From: an uncultured Alphaproteobacteria bacterium
GTDB lineage: Bacteria; Pseudomonadota; Alphaproteobacteria; Micropepsales; Micropepsaceae
NCBI GenBank assembly: GCA_963743765.1
Contig: CAVUQQ010000004.1
Location: 389,632 to 453,631, forward strand
Direction: 5' to 3'
DNA length: 64,000 bases
Part shown: positions 10,036 through 21,448 of the stretch, in pieces
Layout: every line of letters begins with the position of its first letter
How positions within the stretch are numbered: position 1 is the stretch's first letter
Position numbers and translations under genes: made by a program
Notes under the pieces: model-generated
Databases searched by the model: none
Told to the model about the DNA's origin: nothing
What the model saw: the letters and a program-made list of their open reading frames with translations, nothing else

Positions 10036-10336
10036 GCGAGGTAAGCGGAAATACACCGAACTTATCCAACACGCGGCCGCGCCATCGCGAACGAAATTCC
10101 GGACGCGCCGCGGCGTAATCAGAACGTGTCGCCGCGGACCTGCTGGATAACTTCCGGCCGGCTGAATTTTCTCAAAGGTTTCTTCCGTAAAAACCCGCCC
10201 TCCCCTTGAACCGTTACGGTCAAATCACCAATTGCGTTAAATCCCCATAATTGTGAGCAGAAAGCCGCAGGATACCCGGCTCGTGCAGGGGGCCGAAAAA
10301 GGCTATGCTGCACCTGCGAAAACGTGAGGCACATCG

Positions 10337-11161
10337 ATGTCCATCGTTACTGAGACCAAGCGCGTCACCGTTCCCGAAATCCGCGCGCACAAGAATGCCA
10401 AGCCCGTGGTGTGCCTCACCTGCTACCACGCGCACACGGCGCGTCTGCTCGACAGCCACGTCGATCTCATGCTCGTCGGCGACAGCCTCGGCATGGTCAT
10501 GCACGGCATGGAGAACACGCTCGGCGTCACGCTCGACATGATGATCACGCACGGCAAGGCGGTGATGCGCGGCAGCAAACATGCGCTCGTCGTCGTCGAC
10601 ATGCCGTTCGGTTCCTATGAGGAGAGTCCGCAGATCGCATTCCGCAATGCATCGCGCGTGATCCAGGAAACAGGCTGCACCGCAGTCAAGATGGAAGGCG
10701 GCGCGCGCATCGCCGAGACGATCCACTATCTCAGCCAGCGCGGCATTCCGGTGATGGGCCATATCGGCCTCACGCCCCAAATGATTCAAGTATTCGGCGG
10801 CTTCAAGACGCAAGGCCGCACGGAGGCCGAATGGCCTGCGATCGAAGCCGATGCCAAGGCCGTCGCCGACGCCGGCGCCTTCGCGGTTGTGCTGGAGGGC
10901 ATGGCGGAACCGCTGGCCGCCAAGATCACCAGGCAGATCGCCATCCCCACCATCGGCATCGGCGCGTCCGCGGAATGCGACGGGCAAATCCTGGTGATGG
11001 AAGACATGCTGGGCCTCAACCCGAATCCGCCCAAATTCGTGCGGCAATACGCGAACCTCGGGCCGGACATCGAGAAGGCCGTCAAAGCCTATGCCATCGA
11101 TGTGCGGGAGCGCCGTTTCCCCGGCAAGGAAAATGTCTATGCCATGAAGCGGGTTAGCTAG
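10337..11161 (+). CDS. panB: 3-methyl-2-oxobutanoate hydroxymethyltransferase
   Basis: [45 protein letters not shown]. Confidence 0.97.
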   Translation: MSIVTETKRVTVPEIRAHKNAKPVVCLTCYHAHTARLLDSHVDLMLVGDSLGMVMHGMENTLGVTLDMMITHGKAVMRGSKHALVVVDMPFGSYEESPQIAFRNASRVIQETGCTAVKMEGGARIAETIHYLSQRGIPVMGHIGLTPQMIQVFGGFKTQGRTEAEWPAIEADAKAVADAGAFAVVLEGMAEPLAAKITRQIAIPTIGIGASAECDGQILVMEDMLGLNPNPPKFVRQYANLGPDIEKAVKAYAIDVRERRFPGKENVYAMKRVS

Positions 11162-11298
11162 ACCGCCGCGGATTAAGTCGCTTTCACGCCCCGTCAGTTG
11201 CCAGTTGAGCCTGCAGCGGCTAAATCATCCCGCGCGGTCAATATCTTGGGTGCTTTGGGCCTTGGACTTTCCGGCCGCCCCCGAACGAGGACATTCCA

Positions 11299-12018
11299 TT
11301 GAGCGACATCTTCCGCGAAGTCGAGGAGGACGTTCGCCGTGAACGCTTCGAGCAGATCTGGAAGCAGTACGGCGACTACATCATTGCGGGCGTGGCGCTC
11401 ATCATCATTGCCATCGCCGGCTACGAGTTGTGGCAACGCTATGAGGAAAACCAGAGGCTCAAGGCTTCGGAAACCTTCATCGCGGCGCAGCAGCTTGCCG
11501 ACGGCGGCAATGTCAACCAGGCCAGCGCGGCTTTTGCCGTCGTCGCAAAGGACGCGCCGGATGGCTACGTCAAGATGGCGCGCCTGTCTCAGGCCGGCCT
11601 GCTCGAGGTGAGCGGCCAGCGCAGCGAAGCGCTGATGATCTTCAAGTCTCTGGCTAAGGATGACACCGGCCTGATCGGCAGCATCGCGCGCCTGCGCGCT
11701 GCGTGGATCCTGTCCGTCGATGGCCCCCGCGCCGACATGGACGCGTTGCTCGCGCCGCTGACCGATCCGACGAGCCCGTGGCGCTTCACGGCGCGTGAGG
11801 TCATGGCCTATGCCGACTTCCATGCCGGCCTCAACGCCAAGGCGCAGTCGGAGTTTCAAAACCTTGCGGACGACAAGGCGGCGAGCGAAACCATGAGGCG
11901 GCGTAGTGCCGCGATGGCGGCATTCCTCAAGAACGGCGGCATGGCGAATTATGGCAAGGTACCGCCGCTTCCCGCTCCTGCGCCAGCTCCCGCGAATCCG
12001 ACGGCCCCGACACCATGA
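11299..12018 (+). CDS. YfgM-like TPR ancillary membrane protein (TTG start)
   Basis: SDIFREVEEDVRRE, one TM, helical periplasmic part; directly upstream of bamB-der. Confidence 0.85.
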   Translation: MSDIFREVEEDVRRERFEQIWKQYGDYIIAGVALIIIAIAGYELWQRYEENQRLKASETFIAAQQLADGGNVNQASAAFAVVAKDAPDGYVKMARLSQAGLLEVSGQRSEALMIFKSLAKDDTGLIGSIARLRAAWILSVDGPRADMDALLAPLTDPTSPWRFTAREVMAYADFHAGLNAKAQSEFQNLADDKAASETMRRRSAAMAAFLKNGGMANYGKVPPLPAPAPAPANPTAPTP

Positions 12019-13415
12019 ACAAACGCTCAGCCGCAACACTCGCCATCCTGCTCGGCGTTGCCTCATTCACCGCAAGCTGCACCATGATCGACACGGTCGG
12101 CGGCTGGTTCGACAGTGGACCCAAGAAGTCCAAACTCCGAGGCGAACGCATTTCGGTCATGACGGCGGACTCAACGCTGCATCTCGACGATTCGCTGAAG
12201 GGTGTCGATGTCGTTCTGCCGCCACCCTACAAGAATGCGGAGTGGCCCGAGCCCGGCGGTTATTCATCGAATGCGATGTACCACCTCGAAGCCGCTGGCC
12301 CGTTGCGCCAGGCGTGGCAGCAAGACGCCGGCAAGGCTTCGGACAAGTACTCGCGGCTGACCGCCGCGCCGGTCGTGGCGGACGGCAAGATCTATGTGCT
12401 GGATTCCGAGGCGCATGTTTTTGCGTTCGATGCCGGTTCCGGCAATCCGGTCTGGGACGCGAGCATCGCACCGGCCGGCGAAGGCAGAAGCTGGTTTGGT
12501 TTTCTCCTGTTCGAAAAAGACAACAGTATCGATCCGACGAAGGGATTCGGCGGCGGCGTTGCCTATGACAATGGCAAGCTTTTCGTCACAAGCGGCTTTG
12601 GCGACGTCGTGGCGCTCGACGCGCGCAGCGGCAAGAAATTGTGGACACAGTCGCTGGGCGTGCCGATCGTCAATGCGCCGACCGCCAATGGCGGCCGCGT
12701 CTTCGTTTCGACGCAGGAAAACCATCTCTACGCGCTGGCCGAAGTGGATGGACGCCGCCTGTGGGATCATCAGGGCATTTCGGAATCGGCCGGCATCCTG
12801 GAAAGCACCAGCGCCGCCGTGGCGGGTGAATATCTCGTTGCGCCCTACTCGTCCGGCGAAATCTATGCGATCCGCGTTCAGAACGGCCGCCCGGCCTGGA
12901 ACGACATGCTCACCCATTCCGGCGTCGCGACCGCGCTGTCGGAACTCGACGACATCGCCGGCCGTCCCGTCATCGACCGCGACGTGGTCTTTGCCATCAG
13001 CCATTCGGGCATCATGGCGGCGATCAACATCAATACCGGCGAGCGGCTTTGGTCGCGCGACATCGGCGGCATCCAGACTCCCTGGGCGGCCGGTGACTAT
13101 GTCTATGTGCTGACGACCGACGAGCAGCTCATTTGCCTGACACGCAAGGAAGGCAAGGTGAAGTGGATCCACCAGCTCCAGCGCTGGGAGAATCCCGACG
13201 ACAAGAGCGGCGCGATCGTGTGGGCCGGACCGGTGCTGGTGTCGGACCGTCTCGTCGCCGTGTCGTCCAACGGTCTCGCCGCCGCCGTATCGCCCTACAC
13301 CGGCGAATTGCTGGGCAAGACTGCGATCCCGTCCGGCACGTACATCTCGCCGGTCGTCGCCAACGGCACCCTGTATCTGTACACGAGCAATGCGGAGCTT
13401 GTGGCGCTGCGCTGA
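12015..13415 (+). CDS. bamB: PQQ-like beta-propeller lipoprotein (BamB-like)
   Basis: Lipobox-like TASC; repeated A.D..SG...W propeller motifs; yfgM-bamB-der context. Confidence 0.82.
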   Translation: MNKRSAATLAILLGVASFTASCTMIDTVGGWFDSGPKKSKLRGERISVMTADSTLHLDDSLKGVDVVLPPPYKNAEWPEPGGYSSNAMYHLEAAGPLRQAWQQDAGKASDKYSRLTAAPVVADGKIYVLDSEAHVFAFDAGSGNPVWDASIAPAGEGRSWFGFLLFEKDNSIDPTKGFGGGVAYDNGKLFVTSGFGDVVALDARSGKKLWTQSLGVPIVNAPTANGGRVFVSTQENHLYALAEVDGRRLWDHQGISESAGILESTSAAVAGEYLVAPYSSGEIYAIRVQNGRPAWNDMLTHSGVATALSELDDIAGRPVIDRDVVFAISHSGIMAAININTGERLWSRDIGGIQTPWAAGDYVYVLTTDEQLICLTRKEGKVKWIHQLQRWENPDDKSGAIVWAGPVLVSDRLVAVSSNGLAAAVSPYTGELLGKTAIPSGTYISPVVANGTLYLYTSNAELVALR

Positions 13416-13441
13416 GGTGCAGGGCCGCATAAAGTAGAGCA

Positions 13442-14830
13442 ATGTCGCTGACAGTCGCCATCGTCGGCCGGCCGAATGTCGGCAAGTCAACGCTGTTCAA
13501 CAAGCTTGTTGGCCGCAAGCTCGCGCTGGTGCATGACACGCCGGGCGTGACGCGCGACCGCCGCGAAGCCGACGCGACGCTGGGCGCATTCTCGTTCCGC
13601 ATCATCGACACGGCCGGGTTCGAGGAAGACACACCCGACAGCATGGCAGGCCGCATGACGGCGCAGACCATGACCGCGATCGCGGACGCCGACGTCTGCC
13701 TCTTTCTGTTCGATGCGCGCGCCGGCGTGACGGCGGGCGACCAGATCATCGCCCAGACGCTGCGCCGCTCCGGCAAACCCGTGATCCTCGTCGCCAACAA
13801 GTGCGAGAGCCGCGCCGGCGAAGGCGGCATCGCGGAAAGCTATTCGCTCGGCTATGGCGAGGCCATTGCGCTTTCGGCCGAACATTCGATTGGCCTTGGC
13901 GAGTTGCAGGAAGCGCTCGAGGCCTTCGACACGACGCCGAAGCCCGAACAGGCCGAGGATGAAGACGAATTCGGCCCCGAGCCCGAGGAAGAATCCGACG
14001 AGGCGTACAAAGAGCGTCCGATCCGGCTGGCCATCGTCGGGCGTCCCAATGTCGGCAAGTCGAGCTTGTTCAATCTTCTGCTGGGCGAAGATCGCACGCT
14101 GACAGGCCCGGAGGCCGGTATCACGCGCGACACGATCGCCGCGCCCTGGTCGGCGGGCGGTCACGAGTTCCTGCTGCACGACACGGCGGGTCTTCGGCGC
14201 AAGGCGCGCACGGCGGGCCATACGCTTGAGGAAATGTCGGTCGGCAACACGCTGGAAGCGATCCGCTTCGCCGACTGCGTGATCGTCATGCTCGACGCCA
14301 CGCAAGCCTTCGAAAAACAGGACCTGACCATCGCCGACCTGATCGCCGGCGAAGGCCGTGCAATCGTCTTCGTCGCCAACAAGTTCGACCTGGTCGAGAA
14401 CCGCCCCGGCACCATCAAGGACATGCGCGAAAGATTGGACAACTCATTGCCGCAGGTTGTGGGCGCGCCGCTGGTCGCGATCTCGGCGCAGACCGGCGAA
14501 GGCATCGACCGCATCGTGCCGGCGGTTCTGGAGGCCTGTGCCGCCTGGAACAAGCGGGTTGGGACATCGGCGCTGAACCGGTTTCTCGAGAATGCACTCA
14601 GCCGCCACGCCCCGCCCGCCGTCAGCGGACGGCGCATCCGCGTGCGCTACATGACGCAAGTCAAGGCAAGGCCGCCGACTTTTGCCTTGTTCGGAAACCA
14701 GTTGAAGTCGCTGCCGGAAGATTATCTGCGCTACCTGACAAACGGCTTGCGCAACACTTTCGAACTCCGAGGAACGCCGATACGCTTCCTGCTGCGGACG
14801 GGAAAGAACCCGTTCGTCGAAGACAAATAA
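13442..14830 (+). CDS. der: ribosome biogenesis GTPase Der (EngA)
   Basis: Two GRPNVGKS / DTAG / NKxD GTPase modules plus KH-like C-terminus. Confidence 0.97.
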   Translation: MSLTVAIVGRPNVGKSTLFNKLVGRKLALVHDTPGVTRDRREADATLGAFSFRIIDTAGFEEDTPDSMAGRMTAQTMTAIADADVCLFLFDARAGVTAGDQIIAQTLRRSGKPVILVANKCESRAGEGGIAESYSLGYGEAIALSAEHSIGLGELQEALEAFDTTPKPEQAEDEDEFGPEPEEESDEAYKERPIRLAIVGRPNVGKSSLFNLLLGEDRTLTGPEAGITRDTIAAPWSAGGHEFLLHDTAGLRRKARTAGHTLEEMSVGNTLEAIRFADCVIVMLDATQAFEKQDLTIADLIAGEGRAIVFVANKFDLVENRPGTIKDMRERLDNSLPQVVGAPLVAISAQTGEGIDRIVPAVLEACAAWNKRVGTSALNRFLENALSRHAPPAVSGRRIRVRYMTQVKARPPTFALFGNQLKSLPEDYLRYLTNGLRNTFELRGTPIRFLLRTGKNPFVEDK

Positions 14831-14847
14831 TTCCTGGGGAGACACAG

Positions 14848-15666
14848 ATGGCCAATCCGGACGTGCTTTCGACACGCATCGAGGGCGGCGTTGCCGTCGT
14901 CACGCTGGGCAGCGAGAAACGCATCTTCTTCGATCCTGAAATGAGCGACGCGCTGTTGGAAGCGCTCACTGCGTTTTCGACCGACGAAAAAGTGCGCGCG
15001 ATCGTCGTCACGGGTGGAGCGCCGGGATATTTCGTGCGCCACTATTCGGTCGCGGAACTGGTCCGCCTCGGCGAGACGTTGCAGAAGACGGGGCAACCCT
15101 GGCCCGAGGACGCGCCCTACCAGCCCGGCAGCTTCGACAAGGCGATGATGCTTGTCGAGACGATGGACAAGCCGGTGATCGCGGCGATCTCCGGATCCGC
15201 GATGGGCGGAGGATTCGAATTCACGCTCGCCTGCGACATCCGCATTGCCCAGGAAGGCGATTTCCAGATCGGTCTGCCGGAGATCAACATCGGTATCCTG
15301 CCGGGCGGCGGCGGCACGCAGCGTCTGCCGCGCACCATCGGCACGGCGAATGCCTTGATGCACATCCTGATGGGCGCGACCCTCAATCCGGTGGAGGCCG
15401 CGCAAAAAGGCTTCGTGCAGGAGTGCGTCAGGGGCAACGCGCTCGACCGCGCGATGGAAATCGCCAAACGTCTTGCAACACACACACCAGAGTCCGTGCG
15501 TTACATCAAGCGGCTGGTGCGCGGCGCGACGTCGACGCCGCTGGCCGAAGGTCTTGCGCTCGAGCGCAACCTGTTCATGAAGCTTTGCATCGGCGATGCG
15601 GCGATCGAAAGGATGCGTGCCTATGAGGCGCAGAGCATCACCGCGCCGTCTGCGACTTTGCGCTGA
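14848..15666 (+). CDS. enoyl-CoA hydratase/isomerase family protein
   Basis: KPVIAAISGSAMGGGFEFTLACDIRIA, GLPEINIGILPGGGGTQRLPR. Confidence 0.92.
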   Translation: MANPDVLSTRIEGGVAVVTLGSEKRIFFDPEMSDALLEALTAFSTDEKVRAIVVTGGAPGYFVRHYSVAELVRLGETLQKTGQPWPEDAPYQPGSFDKAMMLVETMDKPVIAAISGSAMGGGFEFTLACDIRIAQEGDFQIGLPEINIGILPGGGGTQRLPRTIGTANALMHILMGATLNPVEAAQKGFVQECVRGNALDRAMEIAKRLATHTPESVRYIKRLVRGATSTPLAEGLALERNLFMKLCIGDAAIERMRAYEAQSITAPSATLR

Positions 15667-16366
15667 ACACAACCGTCTCGCCGTTCTTCGCGCAGGCAGG
15701 CGACAAAAGTTCGACGATCAGAGGCACGAGCGCCTCTGGCGGCGGCAGCGTCTGCGGATCCTCGCCCGGCATCGCCTTGGCGCGCATGCCGGTGCGGATG
15801 GCGCCGGGACTGAGCAGATTGACCTTCACATTGGTCGTCGCGCATTCCTCGGCATAGGTGAGCGCGAGGGACTCGAGCGCGGCCTTGGCCATGCCATAGC
15901 CGCCCCAGAACGGCGTGTGCTTGCGCGCAGCGCCAGAGGTGACGAAGAGCGCGCGTCCTGCGTCGGACTGGCGCAGCAGCGGGTCAAGCGAACGGATCAG
16001 GCGCCAGTTCGCCGTGACATTCACTTCGATCAGTTCCTGAAACACCTTGGGCTCGAGATGGGCGACCGGCGTCAACACACCGAGCGATCCGGCATTACCG
16101 AAAAAGGCGTCGAGCCGGCCCCAGCGGTCAAAGATCGTCCGGCCGAGACGATCGAGCGCGTCGAAGTCGCGGATGTTGAGTGGCACAAGTGTTGCGGTGC
16201 CGCCGGCCTTCTTGATCTCGTCGTCGGTGGCTTCTAGGCCGCCGACCGTGCGGGCGAGGCACACGACATGCGCGCCCGCCGCGGCAAGTCCGATCGCGGC
16301 CGCTTTGCCGATGCCGCGCGACGCGCCGGTTACGAGCGCAATGCGCCCCTCGAGTGTCTTTGTCAT
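15638..16366 (-). CDS. SDR family oxidoreductase (YciK-like)
   Basis: TGASRGIG, GNAG, YGMAK; follows purF as is common in alphaproteobacteria. Confidence 0.92.
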   Translation of the reverse strand: MTKTLEGRIALVTGASRGIGKAAAIGLAAAGAHVVCLARTVGGLEATDDEIKKAGGTATLVPLNIRDFDALDRLGRTIFDRWGRLDAFFGNAGSLGVLTPVAHLEPKVFQELIEVNVTANWRLIRSLDPLLRQSDAGRALFVTSGAARKHTPFWGGYGMAKAALESLALTYAEECATTNVKVNLLSPGAIRTGMRAKAMPGEDPQTLPPPEALVPLIVELLSPACAKNGETVVFSAKSQTAR

Positions 16367-16370
16367 GAGA

Positions 16371-17840
16371 TCAGGCTACGTCGGCCAGAAGGGAGAGTTG
16401 TACGTCCTTGCGGCCGCCGGTCAGGTCCGTGAGTTCGATCGGATAGGCACCGGAGAAGCAGGCGTCGCAGAATTGGGGCGACTCCGCATTGCGTTTGCCC
16501 TCACCCATCGCGCGATAAAGTCCGTCCATCGAGATGAATGCAAGGCTGTCGGCGCCGATCAGGCGGCGCATGCCTTCGACATCGGTCTTGTGGGCGAGCA
16601 GATCGTCCGTGTTGGGCGTATCGACACCGTAGAAACAGGAATGGGCGGTCGGCGGGCTTGCCACGCGGAAGTGAACTTCAGCCGCGCCGGCGTCGCGCAC
16701 CATTTGCACGATCTTCTTGGAGGTCGTACCGCGCACGATGGAATCGTCGATGAGCACGACGCGCTTGCCGGCCAGCGTCGCGCGGTTGGGATTGTGCTTC
16801 TTGCGCACGCCGAAATTGCGGATGCCGTCTGTCGGCTCGATAAAGGTACGCCCGACATAGTGATTGCGGATGATACCAAGCTCGAACGGCAGGCCGGTTT
16901 CGTTCGCATAGCCGAGAGCCGCGGGAATCGACGAGTCCGGCACGGGAATGACCATGTCGGCAGACGCAGGTGCTTCGCGGGCCAGCTCAACACCCGTGCG
17001 CTTGCGCTGCTCGTAGACGTTGCGGCCTTCGACGACCGAATCCGGACGCGAGAAGTAGATATACTCGAAGACGCAGAAGCGGTTCGGCTGCTTGGCGAAG
17101 GGATGATAGCTTTCGATGCCATCCTTTGTGATGACGATCAACTCGCCCGGGGCGATATCGCGCACGAATTCCGCGCCGATGATGTCGAGCGCGCAAGTTT
17201 CCGAGGCGAGGAAATACGCGCCGTCGAGCTTGCCGAGGACCAGCGGGCGTACGCCCCAGGGATCGCGGACGCCGATCAGCTTCTTGGAAGTCAGCGCGAC
17301 CAGCGAGTAGGCACCCTCGACCTGCTTCAGCGCGTCGATCAACTTGTCGACGATCGGTTTGTACTTGCTGCGCGCCGCGAGGTGGATGATGACTTCGGTG
17401 TCCGAGGTCGACTGGAAGATGCGGCCCTCGCCAACCAGTTCGGCGCGCAGCAGGCGCGCATTGGTGAGATTGCCGTTGTGCGCGAGCGCGATGCCGCCAC
17501 CCGTCAGGTCGGCGAACATGGGCTGGATATTGCGCGGCGCCGAACCGCCGGCCGTCGAATAGCGGTTGTGGCCGATGGCATAGGAGCCCTTCAGATTGAG
17601 GGCACGGGCGCTGTTCTTGCCGCCGAAAATGTCGCCGACAAGGCCGGGATGCCGCTCCGCCGTGAAGTGGCCGTCGTCATAGGTGACGATGCCTGCGGCT
17701 TCCTGTCCACGATGCTGGAGGGCATGCAGGCCCAGGACGGTCAGCGCACCCGAATCCGGATGGCCGAACACGCCGAAAACGCCACACTCCTCGTGGAGTG
17801 TATCTCCTTGAAAGTCCTGATCCTTTGGAAGGCCGGTCAT
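16371..17840 (-). CDS. purF: amidophosphoribosyltransferase
   Basis: EECGVFG, LQHRGQEAAG, GHNRYST, CVFEYIYF, LIDDSIVRGTT. Confidence 0.98.
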   Translation of the reverse strand: MTGLPKDQDFQGDTLHEECGVFGVFGHPDSGALTVLGLHALQHRGQEAAGIVTYDDGHFTAERHPGLVGDIFGGKNSARALNLKGSYAIGHNRYSTAGGSAPRNIQPMFADLTGGGIALAHNGNLTNARLLRAELVGEGRIFQSTSDTEVIIHLAARSKYKPIVDKLIDALKQVEGAYSLVALTSKKLIGVRDPWGVRPLVLGKLDGAYFLASETCALDIIGAEFVRDIAPGELIVITKDGIESYHPFAKQPNRFCVFEYIYFSRPDSVVEGRNVYEQRKRTGVELAREAPASADMVIPVPDSSIPAALGYANETGLPFELGIIRNHYVGRTFIEPTDGIRNFGVRKKHNPNRATLAGKRVVLIDDSIVRGTTSKKIVQMVRDAGAAEVHFRVASPPTAHSCFYGVDTPNTDDLLAHKTDVEGMRRLIGADSLAFISMDGLYRAMGEGKRNAESPQFCDACFSGAYPIELTDLTGGRKDVQLSLLADVA

Positions 17841-18502
17841 GGCTTGCCGCTACCGCCGTTGCCTGTCGCCTCGAGAAGTCTGTCTAGCGCGCGGCGGTCG
17901 CCAACGCCATAGCCCTTTTTACTGTGCCTGACGCTCTTGGATTTGACCGGTCCCGTCGCCGGTTTGGGCAGATCCTGGGCTTTCTCGGTGAGGACCGGCC
18001 TGGCCGCCTCATGTTGACCATGACTGGGAACGAGCGACAGCAGCACATCGCTTGAACTTTGGATAAGCGGCAGGGTCCGGGCGTTGGTTAGCCAGGCCGG
18101 CTGCGAGCGGATAGGCACAAAGGCCGTGAAGACCAGATAGGCGATGCCGAGAATGGCAAGTCCGCGCACGATGCCGAAGGTGGCGCCGAGCGCCCGGTCG
18201 AGCGGACCCACGGGTGAGTGTTTGACACCTTGCGCAAACCGGTAGCTGCCGAACGACAGGGGAATGAAAACGACCATGAAAACGGCGGCATAGCCGGCCA
18301 ACGTCGCGAGCCAAGGAGCTGCGATCAGGCCGTGCAGCAACTCTCCAACCCAGGGGCCAAAATAGAGCGACGCGAATGCGGCCGCAGCCCAAGAAACGAT
18401 CGACAGGGTTTCGGAGACAAAACCTTTCCAGGTCGCATAAGCCGCGGAACCCAGAATAACCAGAACAACGAGCAGGTCGACGAATGAGAATGCCAGACTC
18501 AT
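17837..18502 (-). CDS. cvpA: CvpA family membrane protein
   Basis: KGFVSE, LDRALGATFGIVRG; radA-cvpA-purF order. Confidence 0.9.
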   Translation of the reverse strand: MSLAFSFVDLLVVLVILGSAAYATWKGFVSETLSIVSWAAAAFASLYFGPWVGELLHGLIAAPWLATLAGYAAVFMVVFIPLSFGSYRFAQGVKHSPVGPLDRALGATFGIVRGLAILGIAYLVFTAFVPIRSQPAWLTNARTLPLIQSSSDVLLSLVPSHGQHEAARPVLTEKAQDLPKPATGPVKSKSVRHSKKGYGVGDRRALDRLLEATGNGGSGKP

Positions 18503-19894
18503 GACTCCATTCTACCACGCCGCGACGAACGTTGTTCCGCCCCCGCGATGGAAAGGAGTTCGCCGACGTCGCGGATGGGCTTCAACTGAATGGCGACACC
18601 TTCCACTTTGGTGCCGGCCGGAACAATCGCCTTTGTAAATCCCAGCTTTGCCGCCTCTTTCAATCTTAATTCGGCCTGAGGTGCCGGACGGATGTCGCCC
18701 GAAAGACTGATCTCGCCGAAAAACACGGTTTCCTTCGGCAACGGCTGTCCCACGAAAGACGAAACGAGAGCCGCAGCCGCAGCCAGGTCGGCCGCGGGCT
18801 CGCCAACCTTCAGCCCGCCGGCCACGTTCAGATAGACATCGGAGGCGCTGATACCAAGACCGCCCCTGGCATCAAGCACGGCCAGGATCATAGCCAGACG
18901 CCCAGTGTCCCAACCAACCACCGCCCGGCGCGGCGTGCCGAAACCAGCCGCCGCCACCAGCGCCTGGATTTCGACCAGGAGGGGACGCGTGCCTTCAAGG
19001 CCGGCGAATACGGCCGTGCCTGGCGAGACGTTGTTGCGATCACCCAGGAAGAGCGCAGACGGATTTGCGACTTCGGCAAGGCCCTTGCCTGTCATCTCGA
19101 ACACGCCGATTTCGTCCGTCGGGCCGAAGCGGTTCTTCACCGCGCGCAGCACGCGGAAATGGTGGCCGCGTTCGCCTTCGAAATAGAGCACCGCATCCAC
19201 TAGATGCTCGACCGCCTTCGGACCCGCGATCTGGCCTTCCTTGGTGACATGGCCGACCAGCAGAACCGCGGCGCCCGACGACTTGGCGTAGCGCACAAGA
19301 TCGAACGACGCGGTGCGTACCTGCGCGATTGTTCCTGGCGCAGCTTCGAGCGCCGACGTCCAGATTGTCTGAATCGAGTTCGATGGCGACGATGTCGGGA
19401 CGCTTGCCGCTTTCGAGCGTCGAGAGAATGTCCTCGATGCAGGTCGCCGAGCCGAGTTGAACGGGCGCACCGGACACGTCCATGCGCGCGGCGCGCATTC
19501 GAACCTGCGCCATGGCTTCTTCGCCGGAGATATAGACCGCTTTACCGCCGCGCTGCGCAAAGGAAGCGAGCACCTGCAGAATGAGCGTGGATTTTCCGAC
19601 GCCGGGATCGCCGCCGATCAAAAGCGCCGAGCCCGGCACGATGCCGCCGCCCGTGACGCGATCAAATTCTGCGATACCGGTGATGCGGCGCGGCGGCGCG
19701 GTGTCTTCCGTCCTGAGATCTTCGAGCGCGAAGCGGCGCCCCTTGACGCGCTTGGTCGCGCCGGCGCCGATGGGAGCCGGCGCGCCCTCCTCCACAAGCG
19801 TGTTCCAGCCGCCGCAGGCATCGCACTTGCCGGACCATTTGGGATGTATGGCGCCGCAGGACTGACAGGCAAACGTGGCGACGGCGCGGGCCAC
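18499..19894 (-). CDS. radA: DNA repair protein RadA/Sms, one frameshift near 19378 (probably sequencing error)
   Basis: CQSCG..KWSGKCDAC, GGDPGVGKST in first frame; GHVTKEG, KNRFG, DVYLNVAGG in second. Confidence 0.93.
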
Positions 19895-20669
19895 CTAGGC
19901 TTTCACTTCCATCTTGATCGGGCCCTCGGCGCGGCCATGGATGAACTGATCGACATAGGGATTGCCGCTGGCGTCGATGTCCTCGGTCGGGCCGTGCCAG
20001 ATGATCTTGCCCCTGTAGAGCATGGCGATCCTGTCCGCGATTTTGCGGGCACTAACCATGTCGTGGGTGATCGAAAGGGTCGTGGCACCGACATCCTTCA
20101 CCGTGTCGACGATGAGATCGTTGATGATGTCGGCCATGATCGGATCGAGGCCGGTCGTGGGTTCGTCGAAGAAGATGATCTCCGGATCGGCGGCGATGGC
20201 GCGCGCGAGCCCGACACGCTTCTGCATGCCGCCGGAAAGTTCCGACGGAGAGAGGCTTGCGACCTCGGGCCCAAGACCGACCTTGCCGAGCTTCTGGATC
20301 GCGATGTCTCGAGCCTTCTTGCGCGCCATGCCGCGGCCCTGAATGAGTCCGAAGGCGACATTTTCCCAGACCGAGAGCGAGTTCGAACAGGGCGGCACCC
20401 TGGAACAGCATCCCGAACTTGCGCAGCATTGCCTCGCGCGCGCGGCCGCCGATCCGGGTGACATCCTCTCCGTCGACCAATATCTGGCCTTCGTCAGGAC
20501 GCAGGATGCCGAGAACGCACTTGATGGTCACGGATTTCCCGGTACCCGAGCCGCCGATGACGACCAGCGAGTGCCCGCTGTCGAGGATCAGATCGATGCC
20601 GTCCAGCACGACTTTCGAGCCGAAGCGTTTCTTGACACCGCGAAGCTCGATTTTTGGAGTTCCAGCCAT
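19895..20669 (-). CDS. mlaF: MlaF-type ABC ATP-binding protein, frameshift near 20385
   Basis: GGSGTGKS, GMLFQGAALF, then LSGGMQKRV, FFDEPTTGLDP, SITHD in another frame. Confidence 0.88.
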
Positions 20670-20674
20670 CTTCG

Positions 20675-21448
20675 TCACTTCGAGAACAGCACGGACGTGA
20701 GGAGATAGTTGGCGGCAAGGATCAGGATCGACGCGGACACGACTGCGTTGGTCGTTGCTGCGCCCACGCCCTGGGCGCCGCCCTTGGAGTTAAAGCCGTT
20801 ATAGCAACCCATGAGTGCGATGATGAAGCCGAACACCGCCGCCTTGATCAGGCCGGAGGTCACGTCCTGATGCGTGACGAAGTCGACCGTGTTCTTGAGG
20901 TAGATGCCGCCGCTGAAGCCCAGGCTTTGCGTCGACACCACGTAACCGCCGAACACGCCGATCGAGTCGGCGATCGCGACTAGGATCGGCATCGAGACCA
21001 CGGCTGCGATCAGGCGGGGCACCACGAGATACTTGATCGGGTTGGTCGCCAGCGTCGTCAGCGCATCAATCTGTTCGGTCACGCGCATCGTTCCGATCTC
21101 GGCGGCAATCGCAGCAGCGACGCGCCCGGCAACCATGAGCCCGGCAATCACCGGACCAAGTTCGCGCGTGATACCCAACACGACGATCTGCGGCACGATG
21201 GCTTCGGCGCCGTAACGATTGCCGCCGATATAGATCTGAAGCGCCAGCACGCCACCCGTGAAGAATGCGGTCAGTCCAACCACCGGCAACGAGAAATACC
21301 CGATGCGCATGATCTGGCGCACGATGTGGAGCCAATAGATCGGCGGACGAAAACAGCTCGAAACCGACGAGATTGTAAACATCGTCAGGCTGCCGATTTG
21401 GGCAAGAAAACCTAGAAACGCACGGCCGATTGGAGCAAAAAAATTCAT
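20675..21448 (-). CDS. mlaE: MlaE family ABC permease
   Basis: RELGPV, AEIGTMRVTEQIDAL, YLVVPR, GVGAATT.AVV. Confidence 0.92.
   Translation of the reverse strand: MNFFAPIGRAFLGFLAQIGSLTMFTISSVSSCFRPPIYWLHIVRQIMRIGYFSLPVVGLTAFFTGGVLALQIYIGGNRYGAEAIVPQIVVLGITRELGPVIAGLMVAGRVAAAIAAEIGTMRVTEQIDALTTLATNPIKYLVVPRLIAAVVSMPILVAIADSIGVFGGYVVSTQSLGFSGGIYLKNTVDFVTHQDVTSGLIKAAVFGFIIALMGCYNGFNSKGGAQGVGAATTNAVVSASILILAANYLLTSVLFSK

Noticed and set aside
10040-10336. Possible pan RNA motif or DnaA boxes upstream of panB (TTATCCAAC at 10062, TTATCCAGC on minus at 10142)
   Set aside because: Only 7/9 matches to the DnaA box, and no clear tandem bulged hairpins; cannot be supported without a covariance search.
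15638-15666. 29-nt convergent overlap of enoyl-CoA hydratase and SDR
   Set aside because: Short 3' overlaps are common; no evidence of antisense regulation.
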